The translations under genes and the position numbers were made by a program. Of a stretch of DNA of 64,000 nucleotides, positions 47,224-59,899 are shown in pieces. Source of the stretch: Candidatus Kaiserbacteria bacterium CG10_big_fil_rev_8_21_14_0_10_47_16. GTDB taxonomy: Bacteria > Patescibacteriota > Minisyncoccia > Phycocordibacterales > UBA918. The notes beneath the pieces were generated by a model that had not been told where the DNA came from, ran no database searches, and saw only the letters and a program-made list of their open reading frames with translations. Positions within the stretch are counted from its first letter, which is position 1; every line of letters begins with the position of its first letter. The DNA is taken from NCBI GenBank assembly GCA_002773395.1, contig PFBI01000006.1, positions 156,657-220,656 of the forward strand, read 5' to 3'.

Positions 47224-48933
47224 TTAAAGGGTAATCGTAATATGTAACTGATGTTGCGAATCCGTCATTTCACCAATCAAGGCTGGGATATCGTCCGAGT
47301 CTCCTCGTCGCTCCGCTTCTTGGATGCGTGAGCGGATGTCTGCAGCACGTCTTCGTGCCATAAGTCTCGCACACTCGGTCAGTCGATCTGAAAGTTCTTC
47401 ACGCAATTGCCGATCACTATAAGCACTAAACTCCTCTTCGAGTGTGAAGGCGAGTTTATTACGTCGTCCAATATCTGAATGTATTTCTTCGGTGATACCG
47501 AGTGTTTGTAAATGTTTCTCAAGTGCTTCCCCGAGTGTTTTTCGGTCGGAGGACAAGAGCAGGTCGCGCATGACAAGGAAATAGGTGACCAAATCCTCGT
47601 ACCGTGTGTTTGTCTGGACTGGCTCTTGCGCCATCGCGCGATACTCATCTGCCGGTTCTCCTTTTCCTTCCTCATTCAATCGCTCCACTTCAAAATGTAT
47701 CCCCTCTTTTGTTGTCTCGAGTGCTTTGGCAATAACGTTTTCAAAATGTTCACGGTCAATGCGATTTGGCATTCGTGCAAGGATCGGAAGAATTTCTTCT
47801 CGCACCTGTAGTTTATAGGTACGATCATCCTTCAAATCTCGCTTCAGTACACTAAGCAAGAACTCAACAACATGGAGTGCTTCCCCCACCATGTGTTTAA
47901 AGCGCTGCGAATCTTCTTTAATAATATCTGCCGGATCTTTCCCATCTTCAATATTCACTACCTTCACGTCCATACCGCGCGCAAGCATCATACCCGACGC
48001 ACGCTTCACTGCTGCAATGCCTGCTCTATCTGAATCAAGCGCAAGTACCGCTCTATTTGAGAGTCGCTGTAGTAGCTCAATATGATGCGCTGTAAGCGCA
48101 GTGCCTGAAACCGCAACCGTATTGCTATAGCCTGCTTGGTGCGCGAGCACAAGATCAAACTGTCCCTCCACAAGGATAGAAAAATCGAACTTACGAATGC
48201 TCTGCTTCGCCTTATCGTACCCAAAAAGAATATCTGACTTTTGATAAAATTCTGTCTCTGGAGAGTTTACGTACTTTGGTGTTTCTTTATCTTGCGAAAG
48301 CGTTCGTCCTGAGAAGGCAACGATGCGCCCACTGTTGTCGGCAATCGGAAACATAATGCGGTTTCGAAATACATCATAGGGCTCTTTGCCTCCGTCGGCT
48401 GTTTTGATAAGGCCTGCACTCTGTATCTGCGCATCCGTATACCCCTTCTCTTGCAAGTGCTCACGGAGTGAACGCCATGCATCAGGCGCAAAGCCAATGC
48501 GCCACGTGTGTATCGTCTTACCAGAGACACCGCGATCCAAGACGTAATCCTGTGCACCTTTGGTATTTACTCCCTGCTGAAAGAAGAATTTCGTTGCGTC
48601 TTCAATGAGTACATACTGCGTATCACGCGCATCACGCTTTTGCGGATCTTCTTGTACGAGTTCCACTCCCGCCTTTTCTGCAAGAATAGCGAGCGCTCCT
48701 TTGAAATCGACTCCCTCCATCTTTTCTATAAACGTAAAGACATCTCCCCCTTGATTCGATGAAAAACAATAGTACATCCCGCGGTCCGGAGAAACATAAA
48801 ATGAGGGTGTCTTCTCAGTCGTAAACGGTGACTTCCCTTTATAATTCTTCCCCGCTTTGTGAAGCTCGACATATGACGAAACCACATCGAGAATGGAGAG
48901 TCTCTCTTTGATTTTCGTTACATTGTCATTCAT
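47224..48933 (-). CDS. dnaG: DNA primase (zinc-finger ligand positions substituted)
   Basis: TOPRIM (...VEGQFDLV...), preceded by GKNYKGKSPFTTEKTPSFYV...YYCFSSNQGGDVFTF where the canonical CPFH...CFGC ligands read S,T,C,S. Confidence 0.85.
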   Translation of the reverse strand: MNDNVTKIKERLSILDVVSSYVELHKAGKNYKGKSPFTTEKTPSFYVSPDRGMYYCFSSNQGGDVFTFIEKMEGVDFKGALAILAEKAGVELVQEDPQKRDARDTQYVLIEDATKFFFQQGVNTKGAQDYVLDRGVSGKTIHTWRIGFAPDAWRSLREHLQEKGYTDAQIQSAGLIKTADGGKEPYDVFRNRIMFPIADNSGRIVAFSGRTLSQDKETPKYVNSPETEFYQKSDILFGYDKAKQSIRKFDFSILVEGQFDLVLAHQAGYSNTVAVSGTALTAHHIELLQRLSNRAVLALDSDRAGIAAVKRASGMMLARGMDVKVVNIEDGKDPADIIKEDSQRFKHMVGEALHVVEFLLSVLKRDLKDDRTYKLQVREEILPILARMPNRIDREHFENVIAKALETTKEGIHFEVERLNEEGKGEPADEYRAMAQEPVQTNTRYEDLVTYFLVMRDLLLSSDRKTLGEALEKHLQTLGITEEIHSDIGRRNKLAFTLEEEFSAYSDRQLREELSDRLTECARLMARRRAADIRSRIQEAERRGDSDDIPALIGEMTDSQHQLHITITL

Positions 48934-48942
48934 ATACGTTGT

Positions 48943-49398
48943 CTAACTTACGTCACTGAGTACTTCACCTGCGTGTACTGCAGGTTTTACCTTTTCGTAT
49001 ATCTTTGCAATCTTCCCTGCTTCATCAATTAAAAAACTTCTGCGTACAATACCTTCGTACTCCCGGCCGTACATTTTCTTCTTCTGCCACACACCGTAGG
49101 CTTGTACCACCTTTTTATCTTCATCTGCAAGGAGTGGGAACGGGAGTGTAAACTTCTCTGCAAATCTTTTGTGACTTGCAACCGAGTCAGCACTCACCCC
49201 AAAAATAACGAGTCCGTTCTTTTTAAAGTCTTTGTACCCATCACGAAAATTGCAGGCTTCGGTGGTGCATCCCGATGTGTCGTCCTTTGGATAGAAGTAG
49301 AGTAAAACCTTTTTTCCTGCGTAGTCTTTCAAAGAATGGACCGTCCCATTCTGGTCCTTAAGTTTAAATGCTGGAGCTTTTTTCCCAATCTGTATCAT
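48943..49398 (-). CDS. bcp: thioredoxin-dependent peroxiredoxin (Bcp/AhpC-TSA family)
   Basis: PKDDTSGCTTEAC active-site motif. Confidence 0.8.
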   Translation of the reverse strand: MIQIGKKAPAFKLKDQNGTVHSLKDYAGKKVLLYFYPKDDTSGCTTEACNFRDGYKDFKKNGLVIFGVSADSVASHKRFAEKFTLPFPLLADEDKKVVQAYGVWQKKKMYGREYEGIVRRSFLIDEAGKIAKIYEKVKPAVHAGEVLSDVS

Positions 49399-49537
49399 AA
49401 ATATTTTCTACCTCGCGCGTACAATCAGTGACATACGAGGAGCACAAGAAAAATAAAACGAGACGTACTTTGATGGTACGATGATTTTTATGTTTCGTAG
49501 TGCGACAAAATAGGTCGCGATTGTATGTGCGCTGTTA

Positions 49538-49780
49538 CTATAGTAGCACAGTCACTAAACCCCTACTTACCTCGAGCATTCCGCCATTTGCTTCAAAGAA
49601 AAGCTCTGTTCCCTCGGGAGTGCGGACCGTAATAGCCCCCTTTTTCAGTGGTGAAATGAGGGGTGTATGCTCTGCAAGAATCGTCATTTCCCCTTCAACG
49701 CCAGGTACGATCATAGACGCCGCATCTCCGCGAAAGAGCGCTTCATCTACTTTTGCAATGGTGAGTGGAAATGTTTTCAT
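49538..49780 (-). CDS. atpC: F-type ATP synthase subunit epsilon (N-terminal beta-sandwich only, 80 aa)
   Basis: Position after atpD; ...IVPGVEGEMTILAEHTPLIS.... Confidence 0.6.
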   Translation of the reverse strand: MKTFPLTIAKVDEALFRGDAASMIVPGVEGEMTILAEHTPLISPLKKGAITVRTPEGTELFFEANGGMLEVSRGLVTVLL

Positions 49781-49784
49781 GTAA

Positions 49785-51185
<1,401 letters not shown>

Positions 51186-51257
51186 TCACTCTGTTCTCTA
51201 TTAATACTCTTGAGAACTGTAACCAAAGCACCTCGTGAGGCGCGCTCGTTACAGCAC

Positions 51258-52166
51258 TCAAACTTCCTTCATCGCCTCCATACCACCACTGATCTCTGAT
51301 ACTTCAGCAGTAATAACCGCCTGACGTTCCTTATTGAACTTCAGCGTCAGCGACTTAATCATTTCTTTTGTCTTATCGGTTGCGTTCTTCATTGCGATCA
51401 TACGCGCAGAATGTTCGCAGGCCTTACTCTCGATCAACATATGGAAAATCATAATGTTGATGAGCTGCGGCATGAGACTCTTAAGAACCGTCTCAGCGTC
51501 CGGCTCATACGTGTAATCACTCCCCCGCATAAGCTCGCTTTCATCTCCCGCAAACATTCCTTCCTTTGGACGAATACCGGCAACGATATCGCGCAGTACT
51601 GACGGCTTCAGTGGAAGAAGTTGCTGTGACGTTGGCCGCTGTTCAAAGGTTGAGACAAATGTTTGATAATTCACATGTACCTCTTTATACACACCACTTG
51701 CAAACGCATCCGAAATTTTTGTTGCGATATCTTCAACATCAGCAAGTGTGAAGTCGTCGGCAACACCGACATACTCCGCGATGACCTTTCCTTTTAGTTG
51801 GCGCCGCGCAAACTCAACAGCTTTGCGTCCAATACAAATCGAGTCGCACGCATCCATACCAATGTACTGCTCAGCTTGTTTCAATACCGCACTGTTGACG
51901 CTTCCTGCGAGCCCTTTATCACTGGTGACAAGCACAAGAAGAATACGTCCTTCAGGACGACTCTCAATATACGGAAGGAGCGCGCGATCACCCGTCACCG
52001 ATAGGTGCTCAAGCATACGTGCAGCGGCATGTGCGTACGAACGACTGGCAAGCGCACGTTCCTGACTCTTGCGCATTTTCACTGCAGACACAGCCTCCAT
52101 AGCCTTGGTCACTTGGCCGGTTTTCTTTGTCGCAACTATTTTGTTTTTAATGTTTTTGAGTGCCAT
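51258..52166 (-). CDS. atpG: F-type ATP synthase subunit gamma
   Basis: 302 aa, position, conserved N/C-terminal helices. Confidence 0.85.
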   Translation of the reverse strand: MALKNIKNKIVATKKTGQVTKAMEAVSAVKMRKSQERALASRSYAHAAARMLEHLSVTGDRALLPYIESRPEGRILLVLVTSDKGLAGSVNSAVLKQAEQYIGMDACDSICIGRKAVEFARRQLKGKVIAEYVGVADDFTLADVEDIATKISDAFASGVYKEVHVNYQTFVSTFEQRPTSQQLLPLKPSVLRDIVAGIRPKEGMFAGDESELMRGSDYTYEPDAETVLKSLMPQLINIMIFHMLIESKACEHSARMIAMKNATDKTKEMIKSLTLKFNKERQAVITAEVSEISGGMEAMKEV

Positions 52167-52184
52167 AACGTACTGCGTGTGTGC

Positions 52185-53753
52185 TTACTTTGATGTGTAG
52201 AGGTCGCTGTGTGTGTCCTTAAAATCTGCAATCGCTACATCCATCTTCGCTGCGTCTTCATCGGTGAATGACTGTTCCTTTTCGATTGTATCGAGGAGGT
52301 TCTTTCGGTCACGTTCAACGAAGGCAACATACTTCTCTTCAATTGCAGAAACATTCTCTACTGGTGCTCCGTCCATGATGCCGTTGTTTGCTGCATAGAG
52401 CATGAGTACTTGCTTATGGAACGCAATCGGTTGATTACGACGCTGTTTGAGAAGTTCGGTAAACTTGCGGCCGTTCTCAATACGCTTCTTCGTATCATCG
52501 TCGAGGTCTGCAGCAAACTGCATGAATGCTTCAAGCTCTCGGAACTGTGCGAGCTCGAGACGAATCTTTCCTGCCACCTTCTTCATCGCCTTTGTCTGCG
52601 CTGAAGATCCCACACGTGATACCGAAATACCTACGTTGAGTGCTGGACGCACACCTTTGTTGAAGAGATCCATTTCAAGGAAAATCTGTCCGTCAGTAAT
52701 TGAAATCACGTTTGTTGGAATGTACGCAGATACGTCACCTTCCTGTGTTTCAATAATTGGAAGTGCGGTAATAGAACCGCCGCCAAGCTCTTTTGAAAGC
52801 TTTGCAGAACGCTCAAGAAGACGTGAGTGAAGGTAGAAAATATCTCCAGGATACGCTTCACGTCCTGGTGGTCGACGAAGAAGGAGTGACATCTGGCGGT
52901 ACGCAACCGCATGCTTTGAAAGGTCATCAAATACCACCACGACGTCACGCCCCTTCAACATGAAGTACTCAGCAATCGCAACTCCTGCAAACGGTGCAAG
53001 GAAGAGAATCGGTGATGCTTCTGATGCTGATGTTGAAACGACAACGGTGTACTCCATCGCACCTGCTTCTTCAAGCGTTCGCACAATGTTTGCGGTCTTT
53101 GATTGCTTCTGACCAATTGCAACGTAAATACAAATTGGACGCTTTTCCTTTGGCTCGTATTTCTGATTGATGATCGTGTCGATTGCAATCGTTGTCTTTC
53201 CGGTGCCACGGTCACCAATGATGAGCTCTCGCTGTCCGCGACCGATTGGGATCATTGAATCAATTGCTTTGATACCGGTGTGTATCGGCTCATTCACACT
53301 ACTGCGTTCCATAACACCAAACGCGACACGCTCAATCGGCATATCCTCGTCTGCTTTAATAGCACCACGGTCATCGAGTGGTTCCCCGAGAGGATTCACT
53401 ACACGTCCGACGATGTCTTCACCTACAGGAATAGAGAGTAGCTTTCCGGTACGCTTCACCGTCATTCCCTCTTTCACGGAATCACCACCTCCGAGAATTA
53501 CCACCTTCACCGTCTCTTCCTCGAGATTGAGAATGAGTCCGAGCGGTGATTCACCCGATTCGATTGCGTCTTTCAGGCTTTGACCACCTGCAGTATCGAA
53601 CGCCACCATCTCCATCATCTGCGCTGATTGAAGACCTTCGATTTCAGCAATACCATCAGCCACGCTGATGACGGTACCAATTTCTTTTGCTTCATTCCCT
53701 ACTTCAAGAGATGCGATCTCTTTTTTTATTCGTTCGATAACTGCTGTGCTCAT
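52185..53753 (-). CDS. atpA: F-type ATP synthase subunit alpha
   Basis: GDRGTGKT P-loop. Confidence 0.95.
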   Translation of the reverse strand: MSTAVIERIKKEIASLEVGNEAKEIGTVISVADGIAEIEGLQSAQMMEMVAFDTAGGQSLKDAIESGESPLGLILNLEEETVKVVILGGGDSVKEGMTVKRTGKLLSIPVGEDIVGRVVNPLGEPLDDRGAIKADEDMPIERVAFGVMERSSVNEPIHTGIKAIDSMIPIGRGQRELIIGDRGTGKTTIAIDTIINQKYEPKEKRPICIYVAIGQKQSKTANIVRTLEEAGAMEYTVVVSTSASEASPILFLAPFAGVAIAEYFMLKGRDVVVVFDDLSKHAVAYRQMSLLLRRPPGREAYPGDIFYLHSRLLERSAKLSKELGGGSITALPIIETQEGDVSAYIPTNVISITDGQIFLEMDLFNKGVRPALNVGISVSRVGSSAQTKAMKKVAGKIRLELAQFRELEAFMQFAADLDDDTKKRIENGRKFTELLKQRRNQPIAFHKQVLMLYAANNGIMDGAPVENVSAIEEKYVAFVERDRKNLLDTIEKEQSFTDEDAAKMDVAIADFKDTHSDLYTSK

Positions 53754-53762
53754 AGTGTGTAA

Positions 53763-54155
53763 TTAATAACTAATGCTCTTCTGATAAAGTGAAAGTAATT
53801 TTGTTCGGTAGCTCGCGTCAACTTCTGTGTTTTTGTGTCGTACGATAAATCCGCCGGTGAGGCGTTCATCAACAACATCCTTTGTGTGTCCTTCCCCTGC
53901 TCCCGTCGTATCAAGTGCTGCCGAGATGGCGGTCTTGAGGCGTTTGAAGTCTCCCTCTTTCGCAACAGTCACCACTGGCGTCTCTGACGATTCACGAAGT
54001 GCCTCGTACTTACGAAGTTGTGCGTAGATTGAGGTGCGAAGCTTCTGGTGTCCTCGTTTTTCAAGAACCGTATCAAGTCGCGCAAGAACATCCTTCGGCT
54101 GAAGGCCATCAAGCATTGCGTCGTATGTTGCTATTGCGTACGATTTTGACAACAT
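53763..54155 (-). CDS. atpH: F-type ATP synthase subunit delta (short, 130 aa)
   Basis: Position between atpF and atpA; OSCP-like C-terminus ...TGGFIVRHKNTEVDASYRTKL. Confidence 0.6.
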   Translation of the reverse strand: MLSKSYAIATYDAMLDGLQPKDVLARLDTVLEKRGHQKLRTSIYAQLRKYEALRESSETPVVTVAKEGDFKRLKTAISAALDTTGAGEGHTKDVVDERLTGGFIVRHKNTEVDASYRTKLLSLYQKSISY

Positions 54156-54160
54156 AGGTA

Positions 54161-54604
54161 TTATTTTTCTGCGAGCACTCGCTCTGCAGCAAGGACTGCG
54201 AGCTTGGCGATTTCTGCCTCACTCTCCTTCTCGGCTTTCGCTTTTATCTCTACTCCCTTTTTCTCAGCATCCACAATAAGCGCCTGTGCCTTTGCTTCCG
54301 CGACACCTACGAGTTCAACAGACTTTTCTGCAGCGTGTGCCTTTGCCTTTTCGGCAACGACCTCAGCTTCCTTTTGTGCTTTCGTGAGGAGACTGATTCG
54401 TTCTGCTTCTGCGTTCTCCTTCAGTGCCTTCGCATCTTCAGCATCCTGCAGCCCTTCATCGATGGTCTTCTTTCGATCATCGAGAAGCTTCAGTACTGGT
54501 GTGTAAAGGAAGTACCACAACGCACCTGCAAGCACGGCGAAGTTAAGGATCTGAATTGCGACAAGTCGCGTATCAAGTCCAAATGCATTAATGAGATCTT
54601 CCAT
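54161..54604 (-). CDS. atpF: F-type ATP synthase subunit b
   Basis: N-terminal TM plus long charged helix. Confidence 0.7.
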   Translation of the reverse strand: MEDLINAFGLDTRLVAIQILNFAVLAGALWYFLYTPVLKLLDDRKKTIDEGLQDAEDAKALKENAEAERISLLTKAQKEAEVVAEKAKAHAAEKSVELVGVAEAKAQALIVDAEKKGVEIKAKAEKESEAEIAKLAVLAAERVLAEK

Positions 54605-54793
54605 GATGTGTGATGCTTATGAGTAAGAGATTGGGCTTCGAGTGGGATAAAACGAGTTAGATGGCGTTTAAAGCTTTTCAGATTGCTTCGCATGCTAGGC
54701 GGACAAGGAAAATGATGTAAAACGTACTTGTCGTACGGTGAACATTATTTTACCGCAGTCCAACAACGCAGACGAAGTAAGCCTGAAAAGGCT

Positions 54794-55087
<294 letters not shown>

Positions 55088-55149
55088 TTACTTTATTCAC
55101 CGTAGCGAATAAATGAGAACGCACCGTGCGCGCTCTCATTTACCAACTA

Positions 55150-55956
55150 CTAATGGGGCTCTTCTACTGCAAGTTTGATGAAGAACAACGTCAAAATTGC
55201 AAAGATAAAGGCCTGAATGAACCCAACGAAGATCTCAAAGGCCATGAGCGGCACAGGTAGGAAGTACGGTAAGAAAAACAGTACCACGAGAATGAGGGTC
55301 TTTCCAGCAAAAATGTTTCCGAAGAGACGGAATGAAAAAGAGATAAGACGGGCCAATTCACTGATGAACTCAATGATTCCAATAGCGAACGCGAGCGGTG
55401 AGGAGAAGTTGAAGAACTTTCGGAAGTATTTAAAGAATCCAATCGTTACGACGCCGGCAATCTCAATGGCGAAGAACGCAATGAGCGCAAATGCGAGCGT
55501 GATGTTGAGGTCAGCTGCTGCGGGGTGGAAAAGTGTAATGGTGTCCTTTGCACTCTCACTGCCGTGCTCTACCACGGTCGTAAATGTGATTGCTTCAAGT
55601 CCTGGGACCTGCGCCACCCAGTTGATAGCGAGAATAAAGATAAAGATCGTCATAATCAGCGGAAAGTACTGTCGCGCAAGCTTCTTACTTTCAAGTACTT
55701 CTGCAATGTAATTGAACGAGAACCCGATAAGTTCTTCAACAATCAATTGGAACCGTCCCGGACGGAGCGCAAGCTTTGACCGAAGGATAATGACGAGAAT
55801 AATAACGATTGCCATCGCAAGCCACGCCGTGAGGAGGGTGTTGGTGATAGGTAGCCCGAAAAAGTGTCCGAGTATCTCTGGAGATAGATGGATAGGAAGC
55901 GCTGCTCCCTCTGATGCCGTATTTTCTGCTGCGTGTGCTACTGCTATAAATCCCAT
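55150..55956 (-). CDS. atpB: F-type ATP synthase subunit a
   Basis: 268 aa, 5-6 TM, conserved Arg-containing helix (...RLISFSFRLFGN...). Confidence 0.8.
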   Translation of the reverse strand: MGFIAVAHAAENTASEGAALPIHLSPEILGHFFGLPITNTLLTAWLAMAIVIILVIILRSKLALRPGRFQLIVEELIGFSFNYIAEVLESKKLARQYFPLIMTIFIFILAINWVAQVPGLEAITFTTVVEHGSESAKDTITLFHPAAADLNITLAFALIAFFAIEIAGVVTIGFFKYFRKFFNFSSPLAFAIGIIEFISELARLISFSFRLFGNIFAGKTLILVVLFFLPYFLPVPLMAFEIFVGFIQAFIFAILTLFFIKLAVEEPH

Positions 55957-56099
55957 ATTTTGCGCGCGTATTCTAACAGATTTAGAGTATTAAATAAAGC
56001 CGATGTTGTGGGCAGAATAATAAGAAAACGTTGCATTGCATTACCCTACGCAAAATACTATAATCGGAGGCACTGTTTCGGAGTATTTCTCTAAAACCT

Positions 56100-56170
56100 G
56101 CGGCCATGGTTAAGTGGTATAACGAGTCCTTGCCAAGGATTAGTCGGGAGTTCGATTCTCCCTGGCCGCA
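56100..56170 (+). tRNA. tRNA-Gly (anticodon GCC)
   Basis: GCGGCCA...AGTCC TTGCCAA GGATT...GGGAG TTCGATT CTCCC TGGCCGC A. Promoter TTGCAT-N17-TATAAT about 30 nt upstream. Confidence 0.8.
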
Positions 56171-56215
56171 CAAACGCGTTAAAAAGACCTCCCCTGCGGG
56201 AGGTCTTTAGCGTTT

Positions 56216-56300
56216 GTGAGCCGGAGCGATGTTTCGGCTATTCCTAATGCCGAAACCGCGAGGCCGGGGAGGAAGTGCTTATGAGCGTAAGCGAATTAGC
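56216..56300 (+). ncRNA. conserved ~80-nt hairpin element downstream of tRNA-Gly (copy 2 of 2)
   Basis: ccggagcgatgtttcggctattcctaatgccgaaaccgcgaggccg...cttatgagcgtaagcgaattag; preceded by a long terminator hairpin (56176-56214). Confidence 0.4.
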
Positions 56301-56338
56301 AACTTGACCCCAATATAGAAAACGTGTGACCCATCCTT

Positions 56339-57088
56339 CTAAATATTTTTCAACGTTTTTTCTCTCAGCTCTTCGTTTTTTCTCTCTAAAGTAGAATACT
56401 TTTCTTTAAAGTCACTACATAATGTAACTAAAGGGTAGTCCTCTACAGCACGATTTACTAAACCCAAAATACCAATTCCTAGATTTGCAGTCATCCAAAG
56501 ATCGGCTTTGTAGTATTTCTCATCTACTACCTCAAAAAATGACACGCTGAATTTACCCTCATTAGTTACCTTCACACCTCTCCACGCATCGATGATATTT
56601 GCATGAACAGATTGAAGCGACGCCCTTTCTTTAAACCCCTTGAGAGAAGAGCTTCCAACTGGATACTGCGCACTCAGCCAGTTGAACATTTTTGTCCTTA
56701 ATTTATCGGACGCTTCAAAAACCCCATTTTTACTCTTTTTTGCAAATTTTCCATGCTCATCAGGGTGAGCTAGGGCAAAAATAGCCCACGCACCAGCTTC
56801 TGAAGCTTGGCGTATATTGAACGCCGTTTGAGATCGATGACGACGGATACTCGAGAGCGCAGCCAACATCAAGTGTTTCTGAGCGAACGAAAAGAAGGTG
56901 ATGAAAATATGAGCATTCTTTCCAGTGTCAACTATTGAAGAGTTCATAAAATTAAAAACTTCCTGAGTATGGATATATAACTCAGTATTTCTAACATCAG
57001 TCTGCATTAATATTTTATTTTCAGTCTCTGCCATCAAAAGTATGTGGTCTGGACTTGAAATAAATAATCTTTTAATTCTGTTCCACAT
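56339..57088 (-). CDS. hypothetical protein, AT-rich orphan gene adjacent to tRNA-Gly
   Basis: 249 aa, no recognizable domain; local GC is visibly lower than the flanks. Confidence 0.45.
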   Translation of the reverse strand: MWNRIKRLFISSPDHILLMAETENKILMQTDVRNTELYIHTQEVFNFMNSSIVDTGKNAHIFITFFSFAQKHLMLAALSSIRRHRSQTAFNIRQASEAGAWAIFALAHPDEHGKFAKKSKNGVFEASDKLRTKMFNWLSAQYPVGSSSLKGFKERASLQSVHANIIDAWRGVKVTNEGKFSVSFFEVVDEKYYKADLWMTANLGIGILGLVNRAVEDYPLVTLCSDFKEKYSTLERKNEELREKTLKNI

Positions 57089-57097
57089 AGTATTCTA

Positions 57098-57130
57098 ATA
57101 TTACCAAAAAACCGGCTCTCGCCGGTTTTT
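57098..57130. terminator. bidirectional terminator
   Basis: caaaaaaccggctctcgccggtttttt. Confidence 0.65.
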
Positions 57131-57133
57131 TAT

Positions 57134-59821
57134 TTACACTGCCACCTTACTCTTTGAATCCTTTTTCTTTAGACTCTTTCGATCTCCTTTCTTCTTTATA
57201 TCGAAGTCTACTTCACCCTTCTTCATTGAGACTGAAACACTTCCCCCTTGGAGCATTCCTTCTCCAACCATCATTGAAGCAACAGGAGTGAGGATCTTTG
57301 ACTGAATCACACGCTTGAGTGGACGCGCACCAAACTTTGGATCGTATCCTTCCTTGGCGATGTAATCGAGCACATCGCGCGTGACGGTAAGTTTAATATC
57401 TTTGTTGTGTAGACGCTTCTGAATGATTTCAATCTGCATCTCAACAATACTGCGAATCGTTTCTGGACTGAGGAGATCAAAGACAATGATCTCATCGAGA
57501 CGGTTGAGGAACTCTGGTCGGAAGTAGGTCTTGAGACTTTCAAGCACCTTGCCTTTCGCCTGTCCATATTGTTCGCCCTCATCGCTGTTTGAGAATCCAA
57601 ACTTCGACATACGGTCAATGTGCTCTGCGCCGATGTTTGAAGTCATGATGACAACTGTGTTTTTGAAGTTTACGCGGCGACCCTTTGCGTCAGTTAAATG
57701 TCCTGAATCAAGTACCTGCAAGAGAATGTTAAAGACTTCAGGGTGCGCCTTTTCAATTTCGTCAAAGAGAATGACTGAGTACGGTCGGTGTCGTACAATT
57801 TCTGTTATCACTCCGCCCTCCTCATGACCAACGTACCCTGGAGGTGATCCAATGATTTTAGACACAGAGTGCTTCTCCATGTACTCACTCATGTCGATCC
57901 GGATGAGTGCTTTCTCATCATCAAACATAAACTCAGCAAGTGCACGTGAAAGCTCTGTCTTCCCCACACCTGTTGGACCAAGGAAAAGGAATGAACCAAT
58001 CGGACGGTTCGGGTCTGCAATACCTGCTCGTGAGCGCTTCACGGCGTCTGCAACAAGCTTTACGGCGTGACCTTGTCCCACAACACGCTTCGTGAGTTCT
58101 TCTTCCATACGAGAGAGTTTCTTCGCTTCTTCTTCGAGCATGCGGGCTACCGGTACACCTGTCCAACGTGATACGACGAGCGCGATGTCTTCTTCAGTCA
58201 CCTCTTCTTTAAGAAGACGACGTGTACGATGGAGCTTCTTCATACGCGCAATCTTATCTTCGAGTTCTTTCTCAAGTTTTGGAATGCGATCGTATCGAAT
58301 TTCTGCAGCACGCGTAAGATCGGCAATTGCTTCTGCCTGCTCTGCTTCAACACGAAGTTCCTCAAGTGTCTTTTTCATTTCACGAATCTCGTTGAGTACG
58401 TCGCGTTCGTTATTCCACTTTGTTTCAAGCGCTTTGGTCATTTCACGAAGTTCACCAATTTCCTTATCGATTTCTCGAAGTCGCTTCCGGAGTTGTGTTT
58501 TCTTTTCAGTGATTTCTTCTTCTTTCTTAAGTGCTTCCTTTTCAATTTCAAGACGACGAACCTTACGATCAGAGACCACAAGTTCCTCTGGCTTATTCTC
58601 AAGTGAGATACGGAGTGCTGATCCAGCTTCATCAATAAGGTCAACTGCCTTGTCAGGAAGGAATCGGTCGGTGATATAGCGTGCAGATAGATTTACCGCT
58701 GCCACAATAGCGTCGTCAGTAATACGGACGCCGTGGAAGAGCTCATACTTCTCCGCAACACCTCGCATAATCGCGATTGCATCTTCGATAGATGGTTCAT
58801 TTACATGGACAGGTTGGAAACGACGGGTAAGTGCTGGGTCTCGTTCAATATATTTTTGATATTCCTTCAGTGTTGTCGCGCCAATAACACGAAGCTCACC
58901 ACGCGCGAGCGCTGGCTTCAGCATGTTTGATGCGTCCATTGTTCCTTCCGCCTGCCCTGCACCGACAATAGTGTGGAGCTCGTCGATAAAGAGAATTACA
59001 TGTCCAGCAGACTGTTCCACTTCTTTCATCACTGCCTTGAGGCGCTCTTCAAATTCTCCGCGGAACTTTGTTCCTGCAACGAGGAGTCCGAGATCGAGTG
59101 AAAGAATTTCTTTATCCTTCACTGATTCTGGAACGTTGCCCTGTACGATTGAAAGTGCGAGACCTTCTGCAATAGCAGTCTTCCCGACACCCGCTTCACC
59201 GATGAGTACGGGGTTGTTCTTCGTTCGGCGAGAGAGAATCTGTACGACGCGTTGGATTTCAACATCACGCCCAATGACGGGGTCGAGTTTATTTTCTTGT
59301 GCAAGCTTTGTGAGGTTGCGTGAGTATTTGCCGAGTGCACGGTATTTCTTCGGTTGTGTTGCATCGTCAATACCACCTTCACGAATTTCAGTGAGTGCGT
59401 TTTCAACCTGCTTCTTATTTACACCCGATTGCTCGAGCGCTTCGATAGCGGGACCTGGGTACTCGAGGAGTGCGAGGAAGAGGTGTTCAACCCCAACGTA
59501 TGCATCATGGAATCCTTCCGCAATGCGGCCTGATTTCTCAATGGCGCTCGCAAGGTCTGGTGTGAGATAGAGTTGGTATGATTGTGAAATAGCACCTCCC
59601 ATCTCTGGACCATCAAGTGCTTCGAGGAGCAGGTCGGTGAGAGCGATGACGTCGATGTCGAGTCGGTCCAAAATAGCAATAACGGTGTTCTCTTCCTGCA
59701 TCACCAAAGCAGCCAACAGGTGGGTTGGACTGACGTGATTTTGACCGCGTTCAATAGCGATTTCATGGGCTTTTCGGATTGCCTCTTTCGCGCGGGATGT
59801 GAAGTTGTTGAAATTTGGCAT
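57134..59821 (-). CDS. clpB: ATP-dependent chaperone ClpB
   Basis: 895 aa, two AAA+ modules (GEAGVGKT..., GPTGVGKT...), long coiled-coil M-domain. Confidence 0.95.
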   Translation of the reverse strand: MPNFNNFTSRAKEAIRKAHEIAIERGQNHVSPTHLLAALVMQEENTVIAILDRLDIDVIALTDLLLEALDGPEMGGAISQSYQLYLTPDLASAIEKSGRIAEGFHDAYVGVEHLFLALLEYPGPAIEALEQSGVNKKQVENALTEIREGGIDDATQPKKYRALGKYSRNLTKLAQENKLDPVIGRDVEIQRVVQILSRRTKNNPVLIGEAGVGKTAIAEGLALSIVQGNVPESVKDKEILSLDLGLLVAGTKFRGEFEERLKAVMKEVEQSAGHVILFIDELHTIVGAGQAEGTMDASNMLKPALARGELRVIGATTLKEYQKYIERDPALTRRFQPVHVNEPSIEDAIAIMRGVAEKYELFHGVRITDDAIVAAVNLSARYITDRFLPDKAVDLIDEAGSALRISLENKPEELVVSDRKVRRLEIEKEALKKEEEITEKKTQLRKRLREIDKEIGELREMTKALETKWNNERDVLNEIREMKKTLEELRVEAEQAEAIADLTRAAEIRYDRIPKLEKELEDKIARMKKLHRTRRLLKEEVTEEDIALVVSRWTGVPVARMLEEEAKKLSRMEEELTKRVVGQGHAVKLVADAVKRSRAGIADPNRPIGSFLFLGPTGVGKTELSRALAEFMFDDEKALIRIDMSEYMEKHSVSKIIGSPPGYVGHEEGGVITEIVRHRPYSVILFDEIEKAHPEVFNILLQVLDSGHLTDAKGRRVNFKNTVVIMTSNIGAEHIDRMSKFGFSNSDEGEQYGQAKGKVLESLKTYFRPEFLNRLDEIIVFDLLSPETIRSIVEMQIEIIQKRLHNKDIKLTVTRDVLDYIAKEGYDPKFGARPLKRVIQSKILTPVASMMVGEGMLQGGSVSVSMKKGEVDFDIKKKGDRKSLKKKDSKSKVAV

Positions 59822-59899
59822 AACTACAAATAGAAGCTAATAACTCCATGATGCAACAGAATGGCGAGTGAGTCAACTTTTAGATTTGCTCAACTCCCT

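Noticed and set aside
58092-58679. 195-aa plus-strand ORF inside clpB
   Set aside because: It is antisense to ClpB. The S/R-rich low-complexity protein is a shadow ORF of the coiled-coil-coding region.
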